Part shown: piece by piece, positions 20,523 to 29,506 of the stretch
How the letters are laid out: every line of letters starts with the position of its first letter
Numbering within the stretch: the first letter of the stretch is position 1
NCBI GenBank assembly: GCA_965221835.1
Contig: OZ244916.1
Location: 329,947 to 393,946, forward strand
Origin: Gammaproteobacteria bacterium
Lineage (GTDB): Bacteria; Pseudomonadota; Gammaproteobacteria; Tethybacterales; Persebacteraceae
Reading direction: 5' to 3'
Length of the DNA stretch: 64,000 bases
Notes under the pieces: model-generated
The model's input: only the letters and a program-made list of their open reading frames with translations
Database searches by the model: none
Told to the model about the DNA's origin: nothing
Position numbers and translations under genes: made by a program

Positions 20523-22034
20523 TCAGAGATTTTCCCGAAAATCGGACGGGCGGACGCCGCCGATTCTTAATGCGATGAAATAAGTTATCGCGCCCAAAAA
20601 TATCAATCCGAAAAGGGCGGCGGTGCGCGACAAAAGCGCGGCGGTGTTCCAAAAATTCGCGTCCGGCAATATCGCCGCCAATGTTAAAACCATCGCCGTC
20701 AGTGCGCCGACGGTTGCCGCCCCCAATCGCCGCCATCCGGCGGGCGGGGTATACCATCCGCGGCGGCGCAATATAAACAGCAACAAAAACGCGTTTAATG
20801 TCGCGGCGAGACCGATAGAAAATGCAATTCCGGCGTGATTCCATTTCAGCATAAAAACAAAAATGCCGTTTCCGATTTGCGTAAAAATCAGCGCGCAAAA
20901 CGCGACTTTTGCGGGAGTTGCTGCGTCATGACGGGCGAAAAATGCCGCCGCCAGCGGGCGCAACGCCACAAGTCCGATAACGCCCGCGCTATATGCAACA
21001 ACCGCCTGCGCGGTCATTTCGGCATCCGCCGCATCAAATTCGCCGTGCCGAAACAATACCGACACAAGCGGCATCGCCAATATCGCCATTCCGACTGCGG
21101 CGGGGGCGGATAACAAAACCGCCAGCCGCAAAGTTTTATCCAAAATGGCGGAAGCGCGATTTGCGTCCGCCGACAATGCGGGCAAGGCGACGGTCGTCAA
21201 TGCCGCCCCCAACAATCCGGCGGGCAACTCCATTAAACGATCCGCATAATACAACCACGAAATCGCTCCCGCCGGCAACAAAGAAGCGACGATTAAATTA
21301 ATCAGCAAATTAATTTGCATAGCACCCGCACCCAATGCGCTTTGTCCCATTCGTATCAGTGCGGTTTTCATTTGCGCACCCGGACGGCGGATGCGGATTC
21401 GCAAGCGAATTCGGGCGCGGCGGACGAAAAATATCGCCCATATTAATTGCAATGCGCCGCCTGCCAATACGCCCCACGCCAGCGCGATATTCGGCGGCGA
21501 ATGTGCGGGAGACGAAAAAAATGCGGCGGCAATCATACACAAATTTAACAAAACCGGCGCGGCGGCGGCGGCACGAAAATGTCGCCCGGCGTTCAACATT
21601 CCCGCCAAAAGCGCGACAACCGAAATAAACGCGATATACGGAAAAACGATTCGCAACAAATCGGCGGCGGTTTCGGTTTTTTGCAAACCGGGGGCGAAAA
21701 CGGCAATGATTTGCGGGGCGAAAATCGCGACAATCGCCGACAAAACCGACAACGCCGCGCCGAGAAGAAATAATAATTCACCGGCGAAATTCGCGGCTTT
21801 TTCTTCGTCTTCTTTTAATAAAGAAGTGTAGGCGGGAATAAATGCTTGCGTCAATGCGCCTTCTGCGGTAAATCGGCGCAACGCATTCGGCAAGCGGAAC
21901 GCGACAAAAAACGCGTCCATTAATGCGCCCGCACCGAAAACGGCGGCAATCATAATATCGCGCACCAGCCCGAGAATGCGCGATATAAAAGTCCATCCGC
22001 TGACGGACAAAAACGCGCCGATAAAATTTTTCAT
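20523..22034 (-). CDS. murJ: Lipid II flippase MurJ (MviN)
   Basis: N-terminus MKNFIGAFLSVSGWTFISRILGLVRDIMIAAVFGAG is canonical MurJ. 14 predicted TM helices. Confidence 0.9.
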   Translation of the reverse strand: MKNFIGAFLSVSGWTFISRILGLVRDIMIAAVFGAGALMDAFFVAFRLPNALRRFTAEGALTQAFIPAYTSLLKEDEEKAANFAGELLFLLGAALSVLSAIVAIFAPQIIAVFAPGLQKTETAADLLRIVFPYIAFISVVALLAGMLNAGRHFRAAAAAPVLLNLCMIAAAFFSSPAHSPPNIALAWGVLAGGALQLIWAIFFVRRARIRLRIRIRRPGAQMKTALIRMGQSALGAGAMQINLLINLIVASLLPAGAISWLYYADRLMELPAGLLGAALTTVALPALSADANRASAILDKTLRLAVLLSAPAAVGMAILAMPLVSVLFRHGEFDAADAEMTAQAVVAYSAGVIGLVALRPLAAAFFARHDAATPAKVAFCALIFTQIGNGIFVFMLKWNHAGIAFSIGLAATLNAFLLLFILRRRGWYTPPAGWRRLGAATVGALTAMVLTLAAILPDANFWNTAALLSRTAALFGLIFLGAITYFIALRIGGVRPSDFRENL

Positions 22035-22933
22035 TGTTGCAAAAGGCGCGTTGTTGCCGCAAAATCGTCCGGCAACGGCGCGCGCAAATCAAGTTTTTCG
22101 CCGGTCAGCGGATGTTCAAACGACAAAACGGACGCATGCAACATCGTCCGTTTTGCGCCGAGTTTGCGATTTGCGGCAAAATCGCCGTATTTGTCGTCGC
22201 CGACAATCGGCAAACCGACCGCAGCGAGATGAATGCGCAATTGATGGGTGCGTCCGGTGATAATATCCGCCCGCACCATCGCAGCGGCGGGAAATGCTTC
22301 CAAAAGAGTCGTTCGCGTCAAGGCGGGGCGTCCGTCTTTTGCGACCATTCCGCCGATACCGTGTGCGGTGCGTTTTAGCGGCAGCGAAATGACCGCCGCC
22401 CGCCGCGACCATTTTCCGAACACCAGCGCATGATAAATTTTGTTGACTTGTCGCGCCCGCCAGCGGCTTTGTACGCCGCGCAATGCCGAAGATTTTTTCG
22501 CCAGCAATAAAACGCCGGAAGTGCTTTTGTCCAACCGGTGCGCGAGTTCCAAAAATTGCCCGTCGTGCGTTGTCCGCAATCGTTCCACAACGCCATGGGC
22601 GGTTGCCGTGCCGCCATGTACCGCCATTCCGGAAGGTTTATTGACCGCCAGAAACGCGGAATCTTCGTATATGACCGGCAATGTTGCCGGCGGGGCGGCG
22701 GCGGCGGGGGCGGCGAGAGATATATTGTCGGGAATGCGAAGTTCGTCGCCGGCGCAAAGTTTGCTACTCGGGGCGGAGCGTCTTCCGTTGATTCGCACTT
22801 GCCCCGTGCGGATGAGGCGGTATATCAGCGGGCGCGGTGCGCCCTTCATTTCGCGCGCGAGGTAGTTATCCAGCCGTTGTCCGTGGTAGTTGACGCCGAC
22901 TGTGCGGGCGGGAGATAATATTTTTTTCTGCAT
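22031..22933 (-). CDS. rluC: 23S rRNA pseudouridine synthase RluC
   Basis: S4 domain, then LNKPSGMAVHGG and HRLDKSTSGVLLLAKK catalytic motifs. Divergent from rne as in E. coli. Start taken at MQKKIL. Confidence 0.8.
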   Translation of the reverse strand: MQKKILSPARTVGVNYHGQRLDNYLAREMKGAPRPLIYRLIRTGQVRINGRRSAPSSKLCAGDELRIPDNISLAAPAAAAPPATLPVIYEDSAFLAVNKPSGMAVHGGTATAHGVVERLRTTHDGQFLELAHRLDKSTSGVLLLAKKSSALRGVQSRWRARQVNKIYHALVFGKWSRRAAVISLPLKRTAHGIGGMVAKDGRPALTRTTLLEAFPAAAMVRADIITGRTHQLRIHLAAVGLPIVGDDKYGDFAANRKLGAKRTMLHASVLSFEHPLTGEKLDLRAPLPDDFAATTRLLQQ

Positions 22934-23210
22934 TATGTGTACATAACGACGATATTTTATCTTATAATTATAAACAATGGCGGAGAGGGGAAGAATCCTT
23001 GCCGGATTTATTCCTGTCTTCAATTATTTTGTGGCGAAAATCGCGCCACCCGCGGAAAGCCGCTACCGCGTTTTGCAAAAGCGGTGTTAATTCGGACAAA
23101 GGCAATGTATTGGCTGTTCGCTGCGAATGATATTGTATCGTGTTTTTTCCGCTTGCCGGAAATTCGCGCGTTTGTTTGTTGCCTTGCGCCGAGTGGAAAG
23201 CAATTAATTT

Positions 23211-25415
23211 ATGAGAACTATCTACATCAACACGCGACAATCGGAAGAACACCGGATTGTCATCGCCCAAAGCGGAAAACTGACCGGATTTGAGCAAGAT
23301 ATTGTCGGCTGGGAGAACAAAAAAGGCGACATTTACAAAGGTGTCGTCACTCGCATAGAAGAGGGACTGGACGCCGCATTCGTCAATTTCGGCGAATCCA
23401 AAAACGGTTTTTTGCCGCTCAAACACATTGCCGCGGATTTGCCCGGCGCATCCGGCGGACAATACCGGGTTGCCGAAGGCGACAGCATTTTGGTGCAAAT
23501 TAAAAAAGACCATGTCGGCGACAAGGGCGCGGGATTGACGACCAACATTTCGCTTGCCGGATGTTATTTGGTGCTGATGCCGCAAACCAAAAAAGACAAA
23601 ACGATGGTGTCCAAAAACATTTCCGGACAAGATCGCCGCAAAATCACCGAATCGCTGGACGGTTTGAATATCCCGGACGGAATGAGCGTTATCGTGCGCA
23701 CCGCCGGTATCGGTCGCCCGCAAGAAGATTTGCGATGGGATTTGGAATCGTATTTGCTTAAATTGTGGCGGGCGGTGGAAACTGCGGCACAAAACAATCG
23801 CGGTCCGGTTCTCATTTATCGCGAAAATAATCTTTTGTTGCGGGCGGTGCGCGATCATTACCGCCCCGGCGAAGACGAAATTTTTTGCGATGATTTTGAC
23901 AATTTTCAGGAGTTGAAAAACTTTATGGAAATTATCAGCCCCGACAATGTAGATTGCGTTCATTATTACGAGGGCACGGGCGTGATGGTGCCGGACGCTT
24001 TAGAACAGCAAATAGACGCGATTTATCAGCGCGAAATAAAGACGACTTCGGGCGCGCGGGTTGTGTTTGATGTCACCGAGGCGATGATCGCGATTGATGT
24101 CAATTCCGCGCAAATGCGGGGCGCGAGCGACATAGAAACGACGGCGTTGCGCGCCAACAAAGAAGCCGCCGAAGTCATCGCCAAACATCTGCATTTGCGC
24201 GACATGAGCGGGTTGGTTGTCGTGGATTTTATTGATATGGCGATAGAGGCGAACCGCCGTCAATTAGAAGAATATTTTGTTTCGCTTTTGCGCAAAGATC
24301 GCGCCCGCGTGCAGTGGGCGGGGTTGTCGCGATTCGGAATGATGGAGTTATCGCGTCAGCGATTGTCGCGACCGGTAGAAGAATCGCAAAGCGTGGTGTG
24401 CCAAACTTGTCGCGGCACCGGACGGCAACGCCGCCCCGAATCTTTCGCCTTGCGATTGTTGCGCAAAATCCGCGGAATGCTGCCGGATCCTGAGGCGGAG
24501 GCGTTGGTCGTGCATGCGCCGTCCGATTCGGCGGTGTATTTGTTGAACGAAAAACGCGTGGAGTTGCGGCGGATGGAAGACGAATACGATTGCGAAATAT
24601 TAATCGCGCCGTTGTCGGATATGAAACCGCACGATTACAGCATCCGCAAAATCAAAAACGAGGGAAAAGTCGGCGCGAGTTATCAGGCGCGAGGCGGCGG
24701 CGAAGACAAAATGCGCGCCGAAGAAATGAAACAACGCGCCGAGAAAAAAATGACCGGCAAGAAAAAACCGCTCATCCAAACCATCATCCCCGAAGAACGC
24801 GCGCCCGACAGCGATGGAATGTGGGGCAAGTTGTGGAAGAAAATCGCGGGGGCGTTTTCGTCTTCCGCCCCGTCCAAAACCGGCGACAAAAAACAAGGCG
24901 ACAAACGCCGCAATCTCAAAAAGAAACGCCGACAAAAATCCGGCAACGACGAATCGGCGGCAAAGTCGCCGCCGGGTGCCGCCGAAAATGCGTCCGCCGG
25001 TCGTAAATCGCGCAACAACGGACAACGGCGGCGTGGACAACGGATGCGACAAGAATCGCCGAAACCGATGCCGCAATCCGCCCGCACAAATTCGGAAACG
25101 CCCGATGAACAGAAACAATCGCCGACACCTGCCGTTGCGGACGGCGATACTGCGGCGGCTGTTGCGGCAACGCCCGAAATCGCCGCCGAAACAAATGCCG
25201 AAAAAAGTTTTTCGCCTCCCGCATTTGCCGAAAATGAATCGTTGCAAAAAATAGAGACCATCGGCGGCGACAAAACGCCTGTTGCACGAGTTGAACAAAA
25301 CGAAGTGCAACAATTGGAATCGGGAAATATCGTTCGCGAAAAACGCCCGCCCGAAACTGCCGCATTAATGCAAGTAGAAACCGCCGCCCCCGGCAAAGAA
25401 AATCCGCCGTCTTGA
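23211..25415 (+). CDS. rne: Ribonuclease E
   Basis: The N-terminus ([10 protein letters not shown]..., [35 protein letters not shown]) matches the RNase E S1/catalytic region. The C-terminal half is Arg/Pro/Gln-rich low complexity (degradosome scaffold-like). Confidence 0.85.
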   Translation: [734 protein letters not shown]

Positions 25416-25950
25416 TTTTGTTGTAAAAAATCCATTTTTGTCGCAAAAAAATCCGCTTCCCAAAAAAATTAAAAGTTAATTTTCCGCGTTTTTTTACAGC
25501 ATTCCGATTAGAATCATGCAAATTCCGGCGGACGCTGGAATGATGGCGGGTTTTGTGGAATTAATTTAAGAATCCCTCTTTTGTCGTAAAAAAATCCATT
25601 TCCGCAAAAATGTTAATTTCCGCGGTTTTTACTACATTTTCCGCGGTTTATAGCGTTCCGATGAAAATCGGAGTTGCGTGCGAATTCGGATTGGAATCAG
25701 GGAAATTTGTTTGTGAAAAACGCCCGTCGCCCGATTTCGCCGCATTAATGCAAGTGGAAACCGCCGCTTCCGACAAAGAAAATCCGCCGTCTTGATTTTG
25801 TTGTAAAAAATTCATTTTTGTCGTAAAAAAATCCGCTTCCCAAAAAAATTAAAAGTTAATTTTCCGCGTTTTTTTACAGAATTCCGATTATAATCAGGCA
25901 GATTCCGGCGGACGCTGGAATGATGGCGGGTTTTGTGGCATTAATTTAAT
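25361..25950. repeat. Roughly 380-bp tandem duplication spanning the rne 3' end and downstream region
   Basis: Block 25361-25590 (ccgcattaatgcaagtagaaaccgccgcc...gaaaatccgccgtcttgattttgttgtaaaaaa...ccgcttcccaaaaaaattaaaagttaattttccgcg...) is repeated at 25741-25950 with a few substitutions. The second copy reproduces a pseudo C-terminus (ORF 25610..25795 ends ...[17 protein letters not shown], versus rne ...[17 protein letters not shown]). Confidence 0.6.
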
Positions 25951-26059
25951 AATCCCTTCTCGTGCCGCATTACGGTGCGAGAGAATCGGGGGAATTATTG
26001 CACGAGAAGAACGGGGCGGAATGAAAAACGACGGTTATGCCGCCCCGTTCGTTGGCGGT

Positions 26060-26677
26060 TTAGGAATCCATTGCCTTTTCAAAACGCTCGTTTGCGGTTT
26101 TCCAATCGGCGACATTCCAGAATGCGGCGATATAATCGGGGCGGCGGTTTTGGTATTTTAGATAATAGGCGTGTTCCCAAACATCCAACGCCAGCACCGG
26201 CGTACCGCGATGCGATTCGTCCGTCACATCCATCAGCGGATTGTCCTGATTGGGCGTGGAGACGATTTTGAGTTTGCGATTTTGGACGACCAGCCACGCA
26301 AAGCCGGAACCGAAACGGGCAACCCCGGCGTCCGACATTTCTTTTCGCAACTCGTCAATGCTGTTGAAAGTGCGCCCGACTTCCGCCGCCAAAGCGCCTT
26401 GCGGGTCGCCGCCGCCGTCCGGCGACATGGAAGTCCAGTAGATATTGTGATTGTAATAACCGCCGGCGTTGTTGCGGACGGCGGAGCCCATGGACGATAC
26501 GCTGCCTAACAGGCGTTCTATCGGCATCATCCATCCTTCGCTGTCTTTGAGTGCGACCGCCATTTTGTCGTAATAGGTGCGATGGTGTTTGCCGTAGTGG
26601 ATTTCCATCGTTTGTGCGTCAATATGCGGTTCCAGCGCCTTAAAATCGTAAGGCAAGTCCAAAAAATCAAAAGCCAT
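26060..26677 (-). CDS. sodB: Fe/Mn superoxide dismutase
   Basis: MAFDFLDLPYDFKALEPHIDAQTMEIHYGKHH...DVWEHAYYLKYQNRRPDYI. SD aggaga. An inverted-repeat terminator candidate lies downstream (~26010-26050). Confidence 0.85.
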   Translation of the reverse strand: MAFDFLDLPYDFKALEPHIDAQTMEIHYGKHHRTYYDKMAVALKDSEGWMMPIERLLGSVSSMGSAVRNNAGGYYNHNIYWTSMSPDGGGDPQGALAAEVGRTFNSIDELRKEMSDAGVARFGSGFAWLVVQNRKLKIVSTPNQDNPLMDVTDESHRGTPVLALDVWEHAYYLKYQNRRPDYIAAFWNVADWKTANERFEKAMDS

Positions 26678-26758
26678 TGTCGTGTCTCCTGTCGGTTGTC
26701 TGATAAAAAAATATACCAACGCCATTATATCACTCTGTTTTTGTTTTACAATACGGCG

Positions 26759-27679
26759 GTGCGAGTTTTGCGCGACATTCCCGAAAAAGGCGCGCCGCTG
26801 GCGCTTTGTATCGGCAATTTTGACGGCGTCCACCGCGGCCACCGGATGCTTGTGGAACGGGTATTGCGGCGGGCGGCGGACGATAGTTTGAAAAGCGCGG
26901 TGTTGAGTTTTGAACCGCATCCGCTATCTGTGTTGCGCGGCGAAGTTTTGCGGCGGATTGGCGGTGCGAGCGACAAAATATATTATTTGTCAGATATAAA
27001 TCGTTTATATTTACTTCGTTTTACGAAAAATTTTTCTATGCAAACGGCGGCGCAATTTGCCGATTTGGTTTTTGCGCGATTGAATGCGCGTTATGTTGCG
27101 GTCGGCGAAAACTTTCGTTTCGGGCGCGGGCGGTTGGGCGATTTGTCGCTTTTGCGGCGCACGGGAGAACGGTATGGGGCGACGGTGGAAGGTGTGCCGT
27201 TGCGAAGTGATAACGGCGGGGCGATTAGCAGCGGGCGGATTCGCGATTGTTTGCGGGACGGCGATTTTGCGGCGGCGGCAGCATTGCTGGGGCATCCGTG
27301 GACATTGCGCGGGCGGGTGGTACGCGGACGCGGATTGGGGCGGACTCTCGGCTATCCGACTGCAAATTTGAATTTGCATTTTATTCCGGTGTGCGAGGGA
27401 ATTTTTGTCGCCGCCGCTTTGCTGGACGGAAAAGTGATTCCTGCGGCATTGAGTATCGGCATAAATCCGACTGTGGACGGCGGCGGCGGCGTTCGCGCGG
27501 AAGCGTTTTTGTTGGATTTTGCTGGCGATTTATACGGAAAACGGTTGGAAATTCAACCGCTGCATAAACTGCGGGACGAAATAAAATTCGCGGGAATGGA
27601 CGATTTGCGCGCGGCAATGGCGAACGATGTTTCACAACTACGCGAATGGTGGCGACAAAACGGCGGCAGTTTCGGATAA
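26759..27679 (+). CDS. ribF: Bifunctional riboflavin kinase / FMN adenylyltransferase
   Basis: LCIGNFDGVHRGH motif and a riboflavin-kinase C-terminal domain. The start is uncertain (likely GTG near 26759). The long upstream extension in the ORF track was rejected. Confidence 0.75.
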   Translation: MRVLRDIPEKGAPLALCIGNFDGVHRGHRMLVERVLRRAADDSLKSAVLSFEPHPLSVLRGEVLRRIGGASDKIYYLSDINRLYLLRFTKNFSMQTAAQFADLVFARLNARYVAVGENFRFGRGRLGDLSLLRRTGERYGATVEGVPLRSDNGGAISSGRIRDCLRDGDFAAAAALLGHPWTLRGRVVRGRGLGRTLGYPTANLNLHFIPVCEGIFVAAALLDGKVIPAALSIGINPTVDGGGGVRAEAFLLDFAGDLYGKRLEIQPLHKLRDEIKFAGMDDLRAAMANDVSQLREWWRQNGGSFG

Positions 27680-27689
27680 ATCGGTACGA

Positions 27690-28045
27690 TAATCACCACC
27701 GGAAAATGCCCGCAAATTTCGGTTTTGCACGACTGTATTAATTTAAAATCGCCACCGGAAAAATGTTCGCAAATTTCGGTTTTGCACGACTATTAATTTA
27801 AAATCGCCACCGGAAAATGCCCGCAAATTTCGGTTTTGCGCGACTATTAATTTAAAATCGCCGCCGGAAAACGCCCGAAAATTTCGGTTTTGCGCGACTG
27901 TATTAATTTAAAATCGCCACCGAAAAATGCCCGCAAATTTCGGTTTTACACAACTGTATTAATTTAAAATCGCCGCCGGAAAATGCCTGCAAATTTTGCA
28001 CCTTTTGCGCGATTGTATTAATTTAAAAATTAATTTAAAAATTTA
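27690..28045. repeat. Intergenic tandem array, about 6 copies of a ~59-bp unit, decaying into a short AT-rich taattt/taaaaat microrepeat
   Basis: The unit aatcgccaccggaaaatgcccgcaaatttcggttttgcacgactgtattaatttaa repeats head to tail with point variants (gccacc/gccgcc, gcacgac/gcgcgac/acacaac). Confidence 0.7.
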
Positions 28046-28049
28046 AAAA

Positions 28050-29105
28050 TTAATTAAAAAAATTGAGTGGCGATGACGGGGTGGGGATGGTTTTTCCGCG
28101 CCGCAAACAGACAAGCGCGACTGCCGCATCGGTCAGGGCGAGTTTGATTTCGCCGTCGGCAACGCCTTTTATAACCCGGTCGGCGTAGGCGGCGCGGCGC
28201 AATACTTCCAGCACGGCATTTTCGCCCGTGTTTTGGGAGACGATTCGCGCCGATTCCGTTGCGGATTTGGAAAGTCCCGCCGGATAACCGCCGCGTTTTA
28301 ACGCCAATATGCCGGAGGCGGCGGCGGAAATCGCCCACAAAATCAGCGGCGGCGGTTCTTGGATTTCCAGCAAAACATTGAGAATCGCCAGCGTTTTTTT
28401 GCCGTCGCCGGACAATGCCGCATCCGTCAGTTGAAAAATATTAAGGCGCGCGCCGCCGGATAACGCTTCCGCGACATTTTCTTCGTTGCCGCCGCCCGCC
28501 AGCCGCATTTTATACAAACATTGTTTTGCGGCAGACAAATTGCCTTCGGTTTGCGCCGCTAATCGGGCGACGGCGTCTTCTGAGAGCGACATTTCCCATT
28601 CGCGCGCCCATTTTTTGCACCAAATCGCGGTTTGTTTTGCATTGAGCGGCGGGCAATGCACGACGACAGCGTTCGCGCCCAAATCTTTAAACCATTTCGC
28701 TTTGTGATGTTTGCGATCCAGCCGGTAAAAAGATAATGTCAGCGAATCGGGCGATTTGACTCGTTTAATTACATCCCGCAAAATACCCAAAGAACCGCCG
28801 CCATCGCCGTCGCCGCTTTTTTTTCCGCGCAAACCGGTCGGCGGCGAATGCGCCGTAATTTCGTACAAAGTCGCGCCGCCGCCAAAAAGCGAATCGCCGG
28901 GCGAAGATGCGATGGACGAATCGGGACGGTCGGAATCGCCGAACAATTCCAAAGAGGCGAATTCCAAATTTTTGTAATCGCCTGCGGTGCGCAATGCGGC
29001 GCGCATTTCTTCTATCAGTTGCGGTTCTTCGCCGTAAAAAATGTACGCACCGCCCGGCGAACGTTCTTTTTGCATTTCGCGTACGAATTCAACGGCGGAA
29101 TTCAC
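28050..29105 (-). CDS. holA: DNA polymerase III delta subunit
   Basis: 351 aa. N-terminal ...PGGAYIFYGEEPQLIEE... and overall HolA architecture. Conserved leuS-lptE-holA order. Confidence 0.7.
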   Translation of the reverse strand: MNSAVEFVREMQKERSPGGAYIFYGEEPQLIEEMRAALRTAGDYKNLEFASLELFGDSDRPDSSIASSPGDSLFGGGATLYEITAHSPPTGLRGKKSGDGDGGGSLGILRDVIKRVKSPDSLTLSFYRLDRKHHKAKWFKDLGANAVVVHCPPLNAKQTAIWCKKWAREWEMSLSEDAVARLAAQTEGNLSAAKQCLYKMRLAGGGNEENVAEALSGGARLNIFQLTDAALSGDGKKTLAILNVLLEIQEPPPLILWAISAAASGILALKRGGYPAGLSKSATESARIVSQNTGENAVLEVLRRAAYADRVIKGVADGEIKLALTDAAVALVCLRRGKTIPTPSSPLNFFN

Positions 29106-29506
29106 GGATTTTCCCGCCCCAAAATATAACGCATTTGCCGCAACGCCTCCCGCCGCAAACGAACGATTGCGTCTTTGCGGACATGGCGGGCGGCGAGATA
29201 ACGCGATTCCGAAACCGGCACGACTTGCTCCAACGCAATATCGCGCGCCGCCGCCTCGCCCAAACGAAACTCCAAAACATAACGCATTTTGTACGCGCTG
29301 ACGGTACCGTCGCCGTCAAACGATTCAATTTTGGATGAGACATTTTCGCGCAACGACAAAGATTGCGCGTTTTCGCCGCCGATTGTCATTGCCGCCGCCG
29401 CCGCCCGTGCAAGTTCGGGCGATTCGGTTTGCACATTCACCGGCGGCGTATACAACGGCGGCGCGCATGCCGAAAGCAAAAAACAAAACCAACACCGCGC
29501 ACGCAT
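29102..29506 (-). CDS. lptE: LPS-assembly lipoprotein LptE (RlpB)
   Basis: Lipoprotein signal with lipobox LLSAC. Small protein directly downstream of leuS with overlapping start/stop. Confidence 0.6.
   Translation of the reverse strand: MRARCWFCFLLSACAPPLYTPPVNVQTESPELARAAAAAMTIGGENAQSLSLRENVSSKIESFDGDGTVSAYKMRYVLEFRLGEAAARDIALEQVVPVSESRYLAARHVRKDAIVRLRREALRQMRYILGRENP

Noticed and set aside
22968-23963. 331-aa ORF on the minus strand
   Set aside because: Antisense to the well-conserved rne N-terminal catalytic region. Typical GC-rich shadow ORF.
27690-28045. Possible CRISPR array (regular ~59-bp periodicity); same question for 55285-55975
   Set aside because: Units are contiguous with no unique spacers between repeats. 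The repeats themselves vary and no cas genes are nearby. These are minisatellite or operator-like tandem repeats.
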